A stretch of 42,533 nucleotides of DNA from a virus (lineage: Duplodnaviria > Caudoviricetes): positions 1 through 42,533 of IMG/VR virus record IMGVR_UViG_3300036945_000346; one strand, written 5' to 3'. A model generated the notes under the pieces. That model saw nothing but the letters and a program-made list of their open reading frames with translations. It was not told the DNA's origin and ran no database searches. The position numbers and the translations under genes are program-made. The number at the start of each line of letters is the position of its first letter. Positions within the stretch are counted from its first letter, which is position 1. Positions 16,027-28,400 of the stretch are shown in pieces.

Positions 16027-17156
16027 TGAATACTTTAAATCGTTTTACTAGACTACAAGCCCCACTTGCACTCGTGGGAGGCGTTCTTGGTGGTGCAGGT
16101 GCTCTTGGTGGCTCTATTGGTGCTCTTGGTGGGGCGGCACTTGGTAGTGCTCTTGGTGGTGCTCTTGGTGGTAGCAATAAAATCAAAGCCCCACCTCCTC
16201 GTTCCTATCTAGGGGAGATGCAAGATGCCCTTAACTCTCAAGGCAAAATTCAAGACCAACTTCTTGGGTTAGAGCGTCAATACACGCCACAATATCAAGA
16301 CCTTCAGAGAACTACCCTCATGGGGCAGATGGGTACTCTGCAAAGCCTGTACGGTGAGGCTATTCCTCAGTCTATGGCTCTCCAGAGCCAATATGCACAG
16401 GCACAGGCTCCTATCTATGGTCAAGTGGGTCAACTGGCTCAGAATGCCTACCAACAGACCCTAGACCCACAGACACGGATGCTGGCGGCTCAGATGCAAC
16501 AGAGTGCAATGGAGGATATGTCGTACGGCAGAGAACTCACCCCTCAGCAACAACAGTTATCCCAGCAATCGGCTAGACAGGCTATGGCGGCTAGAGGTCT
16601 TTCTGGCAATCAAGCGATTGCACAAGAGGTTCTTAATTCCTATCAGATGGGTTCACAGCGTGAAGACAGAGCAAGAGCCTATGCACAAAATATTTATCAA
16701 GGTGGAATTCAACAGGCTGGACAGGCTATGGCTCTTTACGGCTCTCCTCTTCTTGCTAATATGAATACTGTTAGCCCAACTGGATTACTTGTCCAAGGTC
16801 AAGCAATGCAACAGGGTCTTGGTGCTAAACTCTTTCAACCAGAATCTCAATATAATGCTGGCGTTTATGGGGCTAATCAATCTAATGCTACGCAAGTACA
16901 GATGGCTAATGCTCAAATTGCGGCTGGGCAACAGTCTGGCATGATGTCCATGCTAGGTCAACTTGGAGGTGCTTACCTTGGCAACGCTGGGTTGTTTAAC
17001 TCCGCTCCTGCTGGTACTGGTGGTTATAGCCCAAGTTTTAATTCTGGCTACGGCTCTTCTCTTTCTACATCCCAAATGGCTGGAGGATTTAACAACTCGC
17101 TTGGCGGTGGTGGCTCTAATTTAAACTTTGGCTCTGGAGCAATGTATAAATTCTAA
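16026..17156 (+). CDS. Ejection / DNA transfer protein
   Basis: Gly/Ala hydrophobic N-terminus, Q/A-rich helices, AARGLSG motif. Confidence 0.7.
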   Translation: MNTLNRFTRLQAPLALVGGVLGGAGALGGSIGALGGAALGSALGGALGGSNKIKAPPPRSYLGEMQDALNSQGKIQDQLLGLERQYTPQYQDLQRTTLMGQMGTLQSLYGEAIPQSMALQSQYAQAQAPIYGQVGQLAQNAYQQTLDPQTRMLAAQMQQSAMEDMSYGRELTPQQQQLSQQSARQAMAARGLSGNQAIAQEVLNSYQMGSQREDRARAYAQNIYQGGIQQAGQAMALYGSPLLANMNTVSPTGLLVQGQAMQQGLGAKLFQPESQYNAGVYGANQSNATQVQMANAQIAAGQQSGMMSMLGQLGGAYLGNAGLFNSAPAGTGGYSPSFNSGYGSSLSTSQMAGGFNNSLGGGGSNLNFGSGAMYKF

Positions 17157-17159
17157 TTT

Positions 17160-19475
17160 ATGGCATCTTCTTTTGGACAATATACTGGTGGTATTCAAGG
17201 AGTGCAGGGCATCTCTGAGGCTGGTGCTCGCATAGGGCAGATGAACCAGCAGGGTTATGGTGCTCTGGGTGCTAGTCTTGCTCAAGGTATACAAGCATAC
17301 AACGAGAACTCTGCTAAGTCTGAGGCGGCTAACGCCAAGATTCAGATGCTTGGACAGGCTTATGCCGACAAGATAGCGATGTATAGCAAAGACCCAGAGA
17401 TTGCCCAATCTGGCATCCTTGACAGTCTGATGGCTAAGGCTAAGATGCTTCAAGACGCACCGACAAAGGGTCTCAGCCAACGAGTGATGCTTGCCCATGA
17501 AGCGGAGACATCCCTTGCTGGGTTCGGCAATCAACTGCAAGAAGTGATGTTCCTCAGAGGTCGTGAGATGGAGCGAGTCACTCAACAAGGTCTTGAACTA
17601 GCCGCTGGCTCAAAGACAGTCACAGACCCTAGACTTACAAGAGAACTCAAATTAGACTCTAATAAGACATTAGAACAAAACAAGTCTGATGCCTTAGCAT
17701 ATCTTAATAAGGTCAGAAGCGTTAATCCTAAACTTGAGGGTAGCGATGAAGACTTCCTTTCCAGCGTTCTTAACGGATACGAACAGACGGCTTCTAAGGC
17801 TGACCCTAGCCTTATCCCTGCGTCTGTCACAAGTTCTTTACTTGAGCAAATTGCGGCTGATAAAAGAATGCTTAAAAACAAAAAGGAATCTCAACAGACA
17901 GGTCTTGTCGAGGATTTCTTAGCCCGTGGAAAGAAGTCGTCTATGGCTGATTTTAACAAAATTAATACAGCGGCGGCTGATGTTTTAAAACCTAAAGAAT
18001 CTGCTCAACCTTCTGTTGATAACAATAATATTTTGTTAAAGCGTAGAGAAGAAACTACTTCTAAGATTAAGAGTATTGACGAACAAATTAAATCGCTTAC
18101 AGAAAAGATTGATTCTGGTAAGGATGAAGTTCCAAGTAAGGCACTTGGTGTTTGGAAAGACTTAAACGCTTGGGCAGATAAGTTTTCAAGCGAATACGCA
18201 GACATTCCTATGGCTCTTGAATGGGCTAGACTTCAAAAAGGAATGGGCAAGCAAATCAATGACCAAACTGCTGAAGAACTTAGGGCAACTACACAAAGCA
18301 CTTGGAATAAGACTATGCCTCTTGTTGGTATGCCTATGGCTATTGCACTAGGAAATGCTGGCATCCAAAGAATTGGATATGAGGCTATTGCCAAAAACCT
18401 TACTCAAGGCGAAGAAAACATCATCAAGAATGCCTTCAAGAAGAACCAAACCAAAAAAGATGTTTCTGAGACTCTTCAACTTGGAAATGTCGATACTGGA
18501 ATTCCTAAGACAGCAAAGGAACTTAAGTCTAATTTAGAGGCGAAAAGGCGTGAACTGCAAGCAACGCTTCAGACAAATGATTATATTACGGATACTGGTG
18601 CTAAGATTAAACCTACTGCTACGACTGTTCAACCAAAGGCTCCCGTGCTTGAAGTTGGTGATGTTGTCCTTGGTAGCGTCACGGAAGAGCAGAAACTAGG
18701 CGTAAGGGAACGCCAGAAACAGGTCGCTGACTTCGTTACCAGCCGTATGGGTGCTATTGACCCTACCGACCCAGAGCGTAAGCGAAGAATGCCCGTGGTT
18801 GGCTTTGATAAGTTCTACGAGAGCCTTGTGCCAGAATCTGAAATCCGTGAGTTCACGACTGACAGCGGAATGCGTGTCGTTCGTATGAACGGCAAGTGGG
18901 AGCAAATTAAATCTGAAAAAGCCATGACCCCCGCTGAAATGCGTAAGGCTAATGTCGGAGTATTTGGCAAACAAACCGCAGATGGAAGACTTGTGCCTTC
19001 TGAGTTCATTCCCGATTCTGGAATCTTTATTGGAGGGTTGTTTAACGGTTCTGATTCGGCTGTTGATAAGTATCAAGAAGAAATGCCAAAACTTATTGAT
19101 GCTCGCAGAGGTGTAAAGGAACTACAAAGAATCAATGACCTTGTTGGTGAAGCACTTATGCCAGAAGAAAGAGGTAAGGCTTTAGTTGAAGAAATGAATC
19201 TTGCCGCCATGCTTAGAACTGACATTGTTGGCGTTGGTACTGTTTCTAACTACGAACAAAAGTTAATTAAGGATGTTACGGAAAGGTCTGTAAACTTCTT
19301 CTCTCTCGACTCGCAGGATAGAGCGGTGCTGATTGCATTAGCCCAACGAGTTGACAGGCGTATCAAGAACCTTTCTGCGGCTCATGGCTTGACAACTGTC
19401 ATTAAAGATGACACAGGTGGTAACAAGTACCAAGCCCTCCGTGAACAGTATCTGAGGGAAAAGGGAATACTATAA
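17160..19475 (+). CDS. Internal virion (ejection) protein
   Basis: 771 aa, helical, in the ejection-gene position. Confidence 0.65.
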   Translation: MASSFGQYTGGIQGVQGISEAGARIGQMNQQGYGALGASLAQGIQAYNENSAKSEAANAKIQMLGQAYADKIAMYSKDPEIAQSGILDSLMAKAKMLQDAPTKGLSQRVMLAHEAETSLAGFGNQLQEVMFLRGREMERVTQQGLELAAGSKTVTDPRLTRELKLDSNKTLEQNKSDALAYLNKVRSVNPKLEGSDEDFLSSVLNGYEQTASKADPSLIPASVTSSLLEQIAADKRMLKNKKESQQTGLVEDFLARGKKSSMADFNKINTAAADVLKPKESAQPSVDNNNILLKRREETTSKIKSIDEQIKSLTEKIDSGKDEVPSKALGVWKDLNAWADKFSSEYADIPMALEWARLQKGMGKQINDQTAEELRATTQSTWNKTMPLVGMPMAIALGNAGIQRIGYEAIAKNLTQGEENIIKNAFKKNQTKKDVSETLQLGNVDTGIPKTAKELKSNLEAKRRELQATLQTNDYITDTGAKIKPTATTVQPKAPVLEVGDVVLGSVTEEQKLGVRERQKQVADFVTSRMGAIDPTDPERKRRMPVVGFDKFYESLVPESEIREFTTDSGMRVVRMNGKWEQIKSEKAMTPAEMRKANVGVFGKQTADGRLVPSEFIPDSGIFIGGLFNGSDSAVDKYQEEMPKLIDARRGVKELQRINDLVGEALMPEERGKALVEEMNLAAMLRTDIVGVGTVSNYEQKLIKDVTERSVNFFSLDSQDRAVLIALAQRVDRRIKNLSAAHGLTTVIKDDTGGNKYQALREQYLREKGIL

Positions 19476-19479
19476 TTTT

Positions 19480-22400
19480 ATGGCTGAACTTTACGAATCC
19501 CCCAAGCAGTATATTTCCCTTGGAGGGCAATCTGGAACTGCATCTGATGCACCTCCCAGCATCGAAAGCATCATAGATAGCCTTCCTGCGGACGAGAGGG
19601 AAGAGGCGTTAAAGTATATTACAGCCCCTCCTTCTGGCGAGGAAGTAGCCAGAGCGATGGCTCAGAAAAACGCCAATGGCGAACTGATGGACATGACCTT
19701 AGACCAATACAGGCTCTTCAAGGCTCACCAAAAGTCCAAGGAAGTTGATGTCATTGGCACGATTGGCGAGGCGGCTGGCACAGTATTTGACGAGATTTCT
19801 AAGGCGGCTGGGTCTATCTATGACAAGCCCGTAGACTCGATGAAGAAACTTACGCCCTCCGTAATTGAGGCGTTTGCCCAAGGCACAAGAAACCTTTATG
19901 GCATGGCGGCTCAGTCTGCCGACCCTAACAGCGTCTTCTTCCGAATGAAGAACGCTTTGCAAGCCAATGGAGATGACGAGGCTTCTGAGTACCAGCAGTT
20001 CATGGAGGCTCAAGCCTTCAATCTGCACTCGATGCGTCTGATGACTGGTCAAGATACTGTCATTATGGACAAGGATGTCATCAACCCAGAGATGACACAG
20101 GTGATGTCCTATATCGCTGACCCTACTTTGTTTATCCCGTTTGGCGGGATTGCGGCTAAGGGTGCTACGATGGTCGGCATGGGCGAGAAGTTGGCTATGG
20201 CTTCTGCCCGTACCTCTGCTATAAAGCGGATGGTTATGGGTGGTGCTCTCAAGTGGGGCGTTGGTGCTCCCATTGAGTTCATGGGTACTGCCGTCAGAAA
20301 TACAATTGACTACGGATTAGAGCGTAGTGCAAAGGCTTTCGAGACTGTCTCTGGCATCTCTGCCGCTGAGGTCAAGACAACCGCACAGATGTACGGCTGG
20401 ACTTCTGCGACTGCGGCTATGACAGGTGCTACAGTCCCCCTTCCTATAGTTGGAGATGTCGCTGGTGCAATGGTCGGCTCTACTACCGCCCGTGGCGTTG
20501 GTGAGGCTATCAGTATGTTCGGTGAGCAGATGATGAAACAGAAGAACACAGGTCGTGGTGTTCTTGGCTATGCTGGACAGGCTCTCAGAGATACCAAGAA
20601 AAGCGGTGTCGTTCTCTCTAAACACGCTAAAGGACTGCTTAACATCATCGAGGCTGTTGACCCGTTCTTCGCCTATGCCGATGAAATAACAGAAGGTGCT
20701 TTCCAAGGTGCGGCTATCGGTGGCGGTTTAGGTTATCTTGCTGGCGGTGAAAAGGGTATGGCTGGCGGTATCGGCTCTGGCATGGCACTCGGTGCTGTCG
20801 GTGCTGGTGCTGGAAGACTAACCTCTGACATCACAGGCAACACGAAGATGGAGCAGATTGCCATCCAGCGTAAGTTGGTCATCGAAGGACTTAAGGACGC
20901 TGGCAACGAAAACCATGTGGCTCTTGAGGCTATGGCTATTGCGGCTGAGGCTACTGGAGATAGACGATTCCAAGCCCAGATTGACGGCATCATCGCTGGT
21001 CTGGATGTCGTGAACCCCGATGCGGTCATCAAGGCGTTCAACGAGAAGGGTTACACCGAAGCGTTAACGAGCCAAGGCATCGACCCCACAACTGGCAAAC
21101 TCAGAGAGAAGTCCAGCATCTTCCCCGAACTAGGTGACAGAAGAACCATCGCTGATGTGCTTGGTATCCTCAGAGACAACGGAGGCAATTTCGCTGGAGA
21201 CCATGCTGGCTTTGAGAAGGCTATCACAACAGAAGCCAGATACAAGAAACTTAAGCCCGTCTGGGAGCGTCTGGATGACAACGCAAAGTCTGTCCTGCTC
21301 AAGCAGATTAAGGAAAACAGCAACCCCGACTTTATCAAGACCCTCAAGGGCAGACAAGTCAACGCTCACTTCGGTGACCTCGCCTATGCCGAAAGACTGG
21401 CTGAGATGATTAACACCCTTAACCAGAAGAACGCTAATCTTGTCTCTGGTAAGATTGCAGAAACCCTCAAGGCTGAGACACGCTCTGACAAGAAACTCAC
21501 CCGCAGAGGACAGATGCTTAAGGAGAAACTCCAAGCGGATGGCTATATCGACAAGGACGGCACAATCAGAAAGTCCCGCAACATGGATGTCGAGGAGACT
21601 CTTCAGACCTTTGACGCTTCTGCTGGCTGGGTAAAGCGTAGGAACTCTACTGGTCAGACTGAAATATTTATAAACCTAGATAAGTTCATGGCTAAGGGCA
21701 ATCGTGAAACGATGCCCCACGAACTCTTCCACTCTGTGATGAGAGACTCGGTGTTCGCTAAGGACTACTCCGACAGACTAATCCAGAAACTGGTTGGCAC
21801 ATTTGACCCGCAGACGGGCAAGATGCTTGAGAAGGCTGTCGTTGACCCGACCCAACTCCAGAAGTTCATGGAAGGCTATATCAACAGCGTCCACAGAAAC
21901 CAGAGCGAAGAATTTCGTAAACGCAGGATTGATGAACTCAAGGGTTCTATCGAGGAATACAAGAAGCGTAACGACCCTAATCGTGTTGCTGACTCTACAC
22001 AGACACCGCTTGAGCATCTTGTCGAGGAGTTCGGTGCTTACTATTTCGCCAAGTTCGTGATGGACAAGCCTGTGGACTTCCTGTTCAGAGGCGGTGAGTT
22101 CAGCGGACTCAGAGCCGTCTTTGAGACATCCAAGGAGTCGTTCCTCGACTTCTGGAAATCTAAGATAAGCAAGGACAACCCGTCCGTCAACTTCGATAAC
22201 ATCGAGGGCTATGCCCTGTCCAGAGGCTTCGGCAAGGACGGCAAGAGAGCCAAGGTCACAGCCTTAGACCTCTTGATGCAGGACATGATTCGGATGCAGT
22301 CTAACATAAACAAGGGTGGCAAGTTCGACATCAGCAACCTATCCCCCGATGCCCGTAAGCAGTTCATCCAGACGCATGGTCTGCGTGGACAGGGCTTTGA

Positions 22401-25400
22401 GACCATCGACAAGGCTGGCAACTTAAAGAAGCCTAAACTCCGCAGATACACAGCCGAAGAAATCCGACAGGGCAAAGAGATGTTCAAGGTTCTGGACTCC
22501 CTCTCTGATGCTGACCACAGGGGTGGTATGCGTAGGGATGGTGACGGCAACTGGTCTGGTAAGCCCAACACGGCTCAGATGAACGCCCTTGTGGGTACAG
22601 GCTACCTCCAGAGAGCGTGGTTCGACAGACTTACAGCCGCCTACAACATCCTTGACGGCAAGGGTTCTAATGTCATTGAGTTCGGTTACCTTGGATACTC
22701 TGCCCACATCGGTGACGGCAACGAGCGTGTCTATGGTGCGGCTGTTCCGTTCAAGAACAGACGGGCTTTACTGCTTGATGTGAACTTCAAGGTCAGAGCC
22801 GATGGTACGACCTTTGCTAACTTCGACACCCTTGACCTCAGAGTCATCGAGGCAAGAGGCAACGAGGTCTGGCGTGACCCGCAAGTCCGTGACCTCTGGA
22901 ACGGAGACAGAACCAGCATGGAGGCTGACTTCTACGCCTACCTCAGCAACGCCTCTCTTCCGTCTGGAGACCTTAACCGCAAGCCCTCCTTCCGACTCCT
23001 TGACAGGGGTGACGGATTAGGCGGTCAGCGTAGGGATGCCCTGCATCAGATGCTTGGCTTCCACAAGGGTTCTGACCTCCCGTACATCAACAAGCCCATC
23101 GCTGAGATTCCTGTCGGTATCCGACACAGCGTAACGACCTTCAGTAATGACGGCATCGTGGCTATGCGTACCGCTGGCAGGGAGCGTGTGGACTACAGCC
23201 ACAACAACGCCCACCTAGACCTCAGCCGTAACTTCATGCCAGATGAAATGAGGCAGGAGACCACTCCGTCTGGTGGCAAGATAATTAAACACGCAACGGG
23301 CTATAACATCAGCAAACAGGCTGGCGAAAAGTTCAAGGTGTTTGACCCAGAGGGCAAGATGCTTGGTCAGTTCGATACAGTCGCTGACGCTGGTCGTGCG
23401 GCTCAGAAGCACTTCAATGACACCTTCGACAAGAGCGTTGAGGGCAAAGACACCGCTGTTCCTCCGACTGAAGTTCCTCCGTCTAGACAGGCTTATGCAG
23501 AAAAAAGAGCGTCTGTTTTACTTGATGAAAAATTGTTGCAAGACAAGGTTGAAATTGAACTTCAAAAACAAATTATTTCTCAAGAACGAATAAGAGACGG
23601 AGCATATTCAGCAACATTAGAAGATTTTAAAAGTAAATTAAAGGCTGTTCAAGAAAAAGGACTATTAAGAGCATTTAGAGAAGATAAAGTTGATATCTTT
23701 GTAAAGCATAGCCTTGATGGTTCTTTCCCTCCAAAGACTCATTTAATTAGAGATTTAGTAAAAGAAGCAGAAAAAACTGCGGCTTATGAATACGACCAAA
23801 TGTATCCGATGGAAATCAAGTCTGCCCTGCATCCCAGACTTGCCCAGATTTTCCAAGACTACCCGAACCTCACAGCCCAAGGTCTTCTCAAGAAGTTAGT
23901 CGTGTACGGCTCGCAGGGGAGCAGAATGTTCCAAGAGGCAACCGAGATTGGTCTTATAGACTTGCTGAAGTCTAAAACAAGAACACGCCAAGATGTCACC
24001 CGTGTGTTTGATTTACAGAAGCAAGAGTTTACAGGAGAAATAAAAACAAAAGAAACACAACAGCCTTCACAAGTTCCGTTTAGTGCTGACGAGGTAAGAG
24101 AAATTTTAGACTTTGCTAAGGCTAAGGAAATCAAGGTCACCATCGAAGAAGGTGCTAGGGAAAGAAGCGGAATGGATACCTCTAGGTACACCCTTGGTGG
24201 TGCTAAGGATAACTACAAGCAGACGGCTGTCAGAATTAACCCAGAGTACGCTCATGGAATCAGCGGTCATTATGGTAAGGATACCATTGTTCACTTCCGA
24301 ACAACGGAGCGTATTGATGCTGACGGAAACAGACACCTGTTCATTGAAGAGGTACAGGCTAACAACACAGACAAGAAAAAGATAACTGGAGAATATATAA
24401 CTCCAGAACAAGTAATGGTATCAAAGGAATTTGCTAAACGGGTTGTTGCAAATAGATATGCTGATGAATTAGAAAAGCGTGAACTTAAGGTCACAAAAAT
24501 AGAAAATGATATCGGTGGCTTGTCTGCTTATACTGTTGGGAAAAACCCAGATTTCTCTAGTCGTACAAGAGTTGATAAAGTAAAAAGACAAAAAGAAGCG
24601 TTTAACCTTATACTAAGAAATTATATAGATTTATATAAACAAAATAATTCTGAATATATAAGGAATATAGAAACTGCAACAGGAACTCCAGATGCACCCT
24701 ATGGAAGTAAATCATTCGCTACAGATACAAGACAGCATTGGTTAAACACAAAACAGATTGTTGAATCTGGATTGTTTGTAAGTGAGTTAGAAAAGTACTT
24801 GTTAACATCTTCAGACCCTGCTGAAATTTGGAAACAATTATTGGAGTTTCACGATAAAAACGAATTCCTGCAAAGTTCAAATAGGCAAAGGAAAAGAGCA
24901 GACCTCCCTTCCTTAGACGATACTTTACAAAGAAAAGTTTATGAAACTCTTGAGGCAATATCAAAAGGCTCTAGCAGTATTTTAGATTCTATTGCTGACC
25001 TTGGATATCAAATTAGGATTAATAATCAAGATGGAGTAAATGATGTAATAGATAGAATTGGCGGGCGGCTTCCTTATATGGATGAAGGACTTGGTCGTTC
25101 AAAATATTTAACACATAAAGAAGTTGTAGGAAATGAAACTCTCATTCAAGGATTAAAAGAATTAGCAAACAGCGATAAATTTGTTCAAAAGTATGCAGAT
25201 GCTAAAATTGAACTAGATAAATACCACGACTTAGTTATTTCTGACATCAACAGCATTGGTAGTTTTTCTCACATTAATTACGGAGAAGGAAGAATTGAAT
25301 CCATTCATTCTGATAGATTAAGAGAGTTTGTTTCTCTTGCCAACACAAGCATCGACAAGTTCAACACGCAAGGCAAAGAGCCTGTGTTTCCGCTTACCTC

Positions 25401-28400
25401 TGCCAGAGACTGGACGCTCACAGGACTCAAGGGAATTATCAGACAGGCTATCCGTGACGGCTTAGATAGGATTACGCTTACGCACCCCGATGACAGCCCT
25501 ACTGTTTCGCATATGAAGGGCGATGCCAGACAGGGACTATACGGCAAGTTAATCCCAGAAGTCTGGGGTGCTTGGCTTCGCAAGTACGGCATTGAGATTA
25601 AGCAGACGAACAAGTTGGCTGACGCTACCATAGACACCGCCAAGGGTCAGATGGCTGAGATTACCAACAAGTTGCATGACGCTAACAAGGCTGTTCTTGA
25701 GCATTTTGAACAAGTCAAGGGCGGCGAAGACCCTGCTACCATTAACAAACTTGCCGAGTTAATGGCAATGCCCGTGCATGAGTCTGACGAATTCGTTGGT
25801 GTAAAAATTCAAAACGAGGCTAAAAATCTTAACGATAACAAACTGAGAACGCTTATCGGTGAAGTTGCGATGATAAAGTCTGCCGAAAAGGATGCTTACA
25901 ACAGAATCAATAAACTTCGTGAGAATGGTATTAGAGGTGAAAGTGGCTCAAGGTCTACCACAGATGAAGGCATTTCCGCTGAGGCTATCGACAGAGGGAT
26001 GACCTTTGTCCTCAATGACCGCATCAAGCGTGACTTCCTAGACGGCAAGATACAGACGCACATGATGCCAGCCGAGGGCGGTGAGGATGCTTATAGAGGC
26101 GGAAGAACCTATGACCAAAATAGTCGTCAATTCAAGTCTGGCTTTCTAGGTCTGTACGCTGAACAGAACCCAGATAGAGTCAAGGGTGTTAGCCTCCAGT
26201 TTATGAAAAGGGCTGACGGCTCTCATAGAATCCGTCTGACGGATAACTCAAAGAAGGGCGAGTCCTCTGACATAGGGCACATCACCGCTAACATCTCTGG
26301 CAATACCGCTACCTTGTCTTCGCATATCAACAAGGATTACAGAGGAAAGAAGTTAGCCTATGTCGTGTACAGCGAGATGGCTGAACGCCTTCGTGCTATG
26401 GGCATCGAGTCCGTGGATGGTAAGATTGTGAACCCAGACGGAGTGCCTGTCTATGTCCGTGAGCAAATCATCGGAGACACAAGAGACTACAACACGGGTA
26501 AGCCTATTGAAATAAACGAGGCGGCTAGACGCATCAAAGCCAGACAAGCAGATGTAGGTTCTATGGGTGGCGTTGATGTCTACAACAAGTTGTACAAACA
26601 GGCTCGCTATCAGCCAGCGGAAGCGTTTACCCCTTCAGAGGAGGTAACAAGAAAAGCAAAAGCGGCTGGATACACAATCCTTGGTCAGCATAAGACTGAC
26701 AATCAATTCAATGAATTTGATTTAAAGGCAAAGAAAGTAAACAGAGGTCTTAATCCTGCTGGTCATTATTTTGCAACTACAGAAAATGATTATAAGGGTT
26801 CTCGCACAATCAATGCTTTCTTGAAACTTGAGAATCCTTGGAATGGAGTTGCAACCAAAGCCGACAAACAAGCGTTTAAACAATGGTTTAAAGATAAGTT
26901 TGCTAGCCAATATGAAGGTGCATCTAACACAAAAGTAGCATATCTTGACGGAAAAATGAATCAGTTTGCTAGAGATGGTTCATTCCCAACATTGATGGAT
27001 GGAGATGATGCTACTGAATTCTTAAAGTTTAGAGGATATGATGGATTGAAAGATGGCGATGATGTCGTTGTATTTGACTCTTCTCAGATTAAGTCTGCTG
27101 AAGATTTTACATACGATGACCAAGGAAACAAAATTCCTTTGTCTGAAAGGTTTGACAAGACTAAGAAAGATATTCGCTATATGCCAGCGGAGGGCGAGAA
27201 GGCTCTTGTCCAAAACGGATTTGAGAAGTCTGAATTGAACAAACAACTCCTCGCATCTGGTCATATTGTGCTTGGTTTTGATGAACGCACATTAGAAGGT
27301 AAGGCTGTTGTCATAAACAACCCAGACACGATGATGACTGGAACTCTTGAAACTCCTAGCGGAAAGATTCTTGCCGAGGGAGAAGGAGGTCTTAACTTTG
27401 TTTCTAAATTCGCAGATATCTGGGCTAACTCAAAGGAAGCCAAGGCAAGAACTACAGCCAATAACCTAAAGAAAGCCCAACAGGAAAACGGAGGCGTTGC
27501 TTATCTGTCCCTTACCAGAGGCTCTTTCGAGAACGCCCTTAACTCGCACACGGGTGCTAAGGCTGGAATGGGAATCCTTGAGTACTTCGTTGAACAAGGT
27601 TATATCAGTCTTGAAGAATTCAGAAACGCCTTAAAAGATTCTGGTAGAAAGTACGGCATCGAGTTTAATGCCACTAGGTCTGCAAAGGACATTCACTCTG
27701 AAATAGCCAGCAAGTTCTTTGGAGTATCTGATTCTACTTTTGAAAGAAGAGGAGACTTCGTAAAGGATGTCATCACGCATCTTGCTGAAAACGGAGAGTC
27801 TGGTCACAAGAACATAGACAAGATTTCCGAGGCACTTGGTGCTAACAGGCTTGGACGAAAGATTCAGTTCGCTCCTACGGGCATCCGTGAGGCTATCGGT
27901 CTGATGCTTTCAGACAAGAGGGCTAATGTTGACCCCAGTCATGTGTACGCTTACATTGAAATCACAGGAAACATTTCTGTCGAGAAGACTGAGAATGGTC
28001 ATAAGAGTTATCCTTGGCACATCGTCCAGCGTGATGAGAACGGAAACAAGATTAGACCTAGGATGCTTATCCCAGATAAGACCAACTATGTCACGGATGT
28101 TTTCTTAAACAAGAACAAACAAGAAGTTCCTCGAAAGGGCGGTGCTACTAAACTTGGTAGCAATCAAGTCGGAGAAGCCTATGGTTATGTCAAACCAGCC
28201 GCCAATATTCCAGAAGGCAAAGAGCGTTTAAGTTGGATGCCCGCAGAAGGCTGGCGTGACTGGCAGTCTGAACGCACCTCTCTTGGCTCTGTGGTCAAGA
28301 ACGCAGTCGGCTATGTCATCATGGTGCAGGGCGATAAGTTCAAGGTGTACAATCCCTACAAGGCAATGGTCGGTATTTACAGCGACCTAGAGCAAGCCAA

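Noticed and set aside
16078-16172. Tandem GGTGCTCTTGGT repeats
   Set aside because: They encode the Gly/Ala/Leu membrane segment typical of ejection proteins; not a CRISPR or DNA-level element
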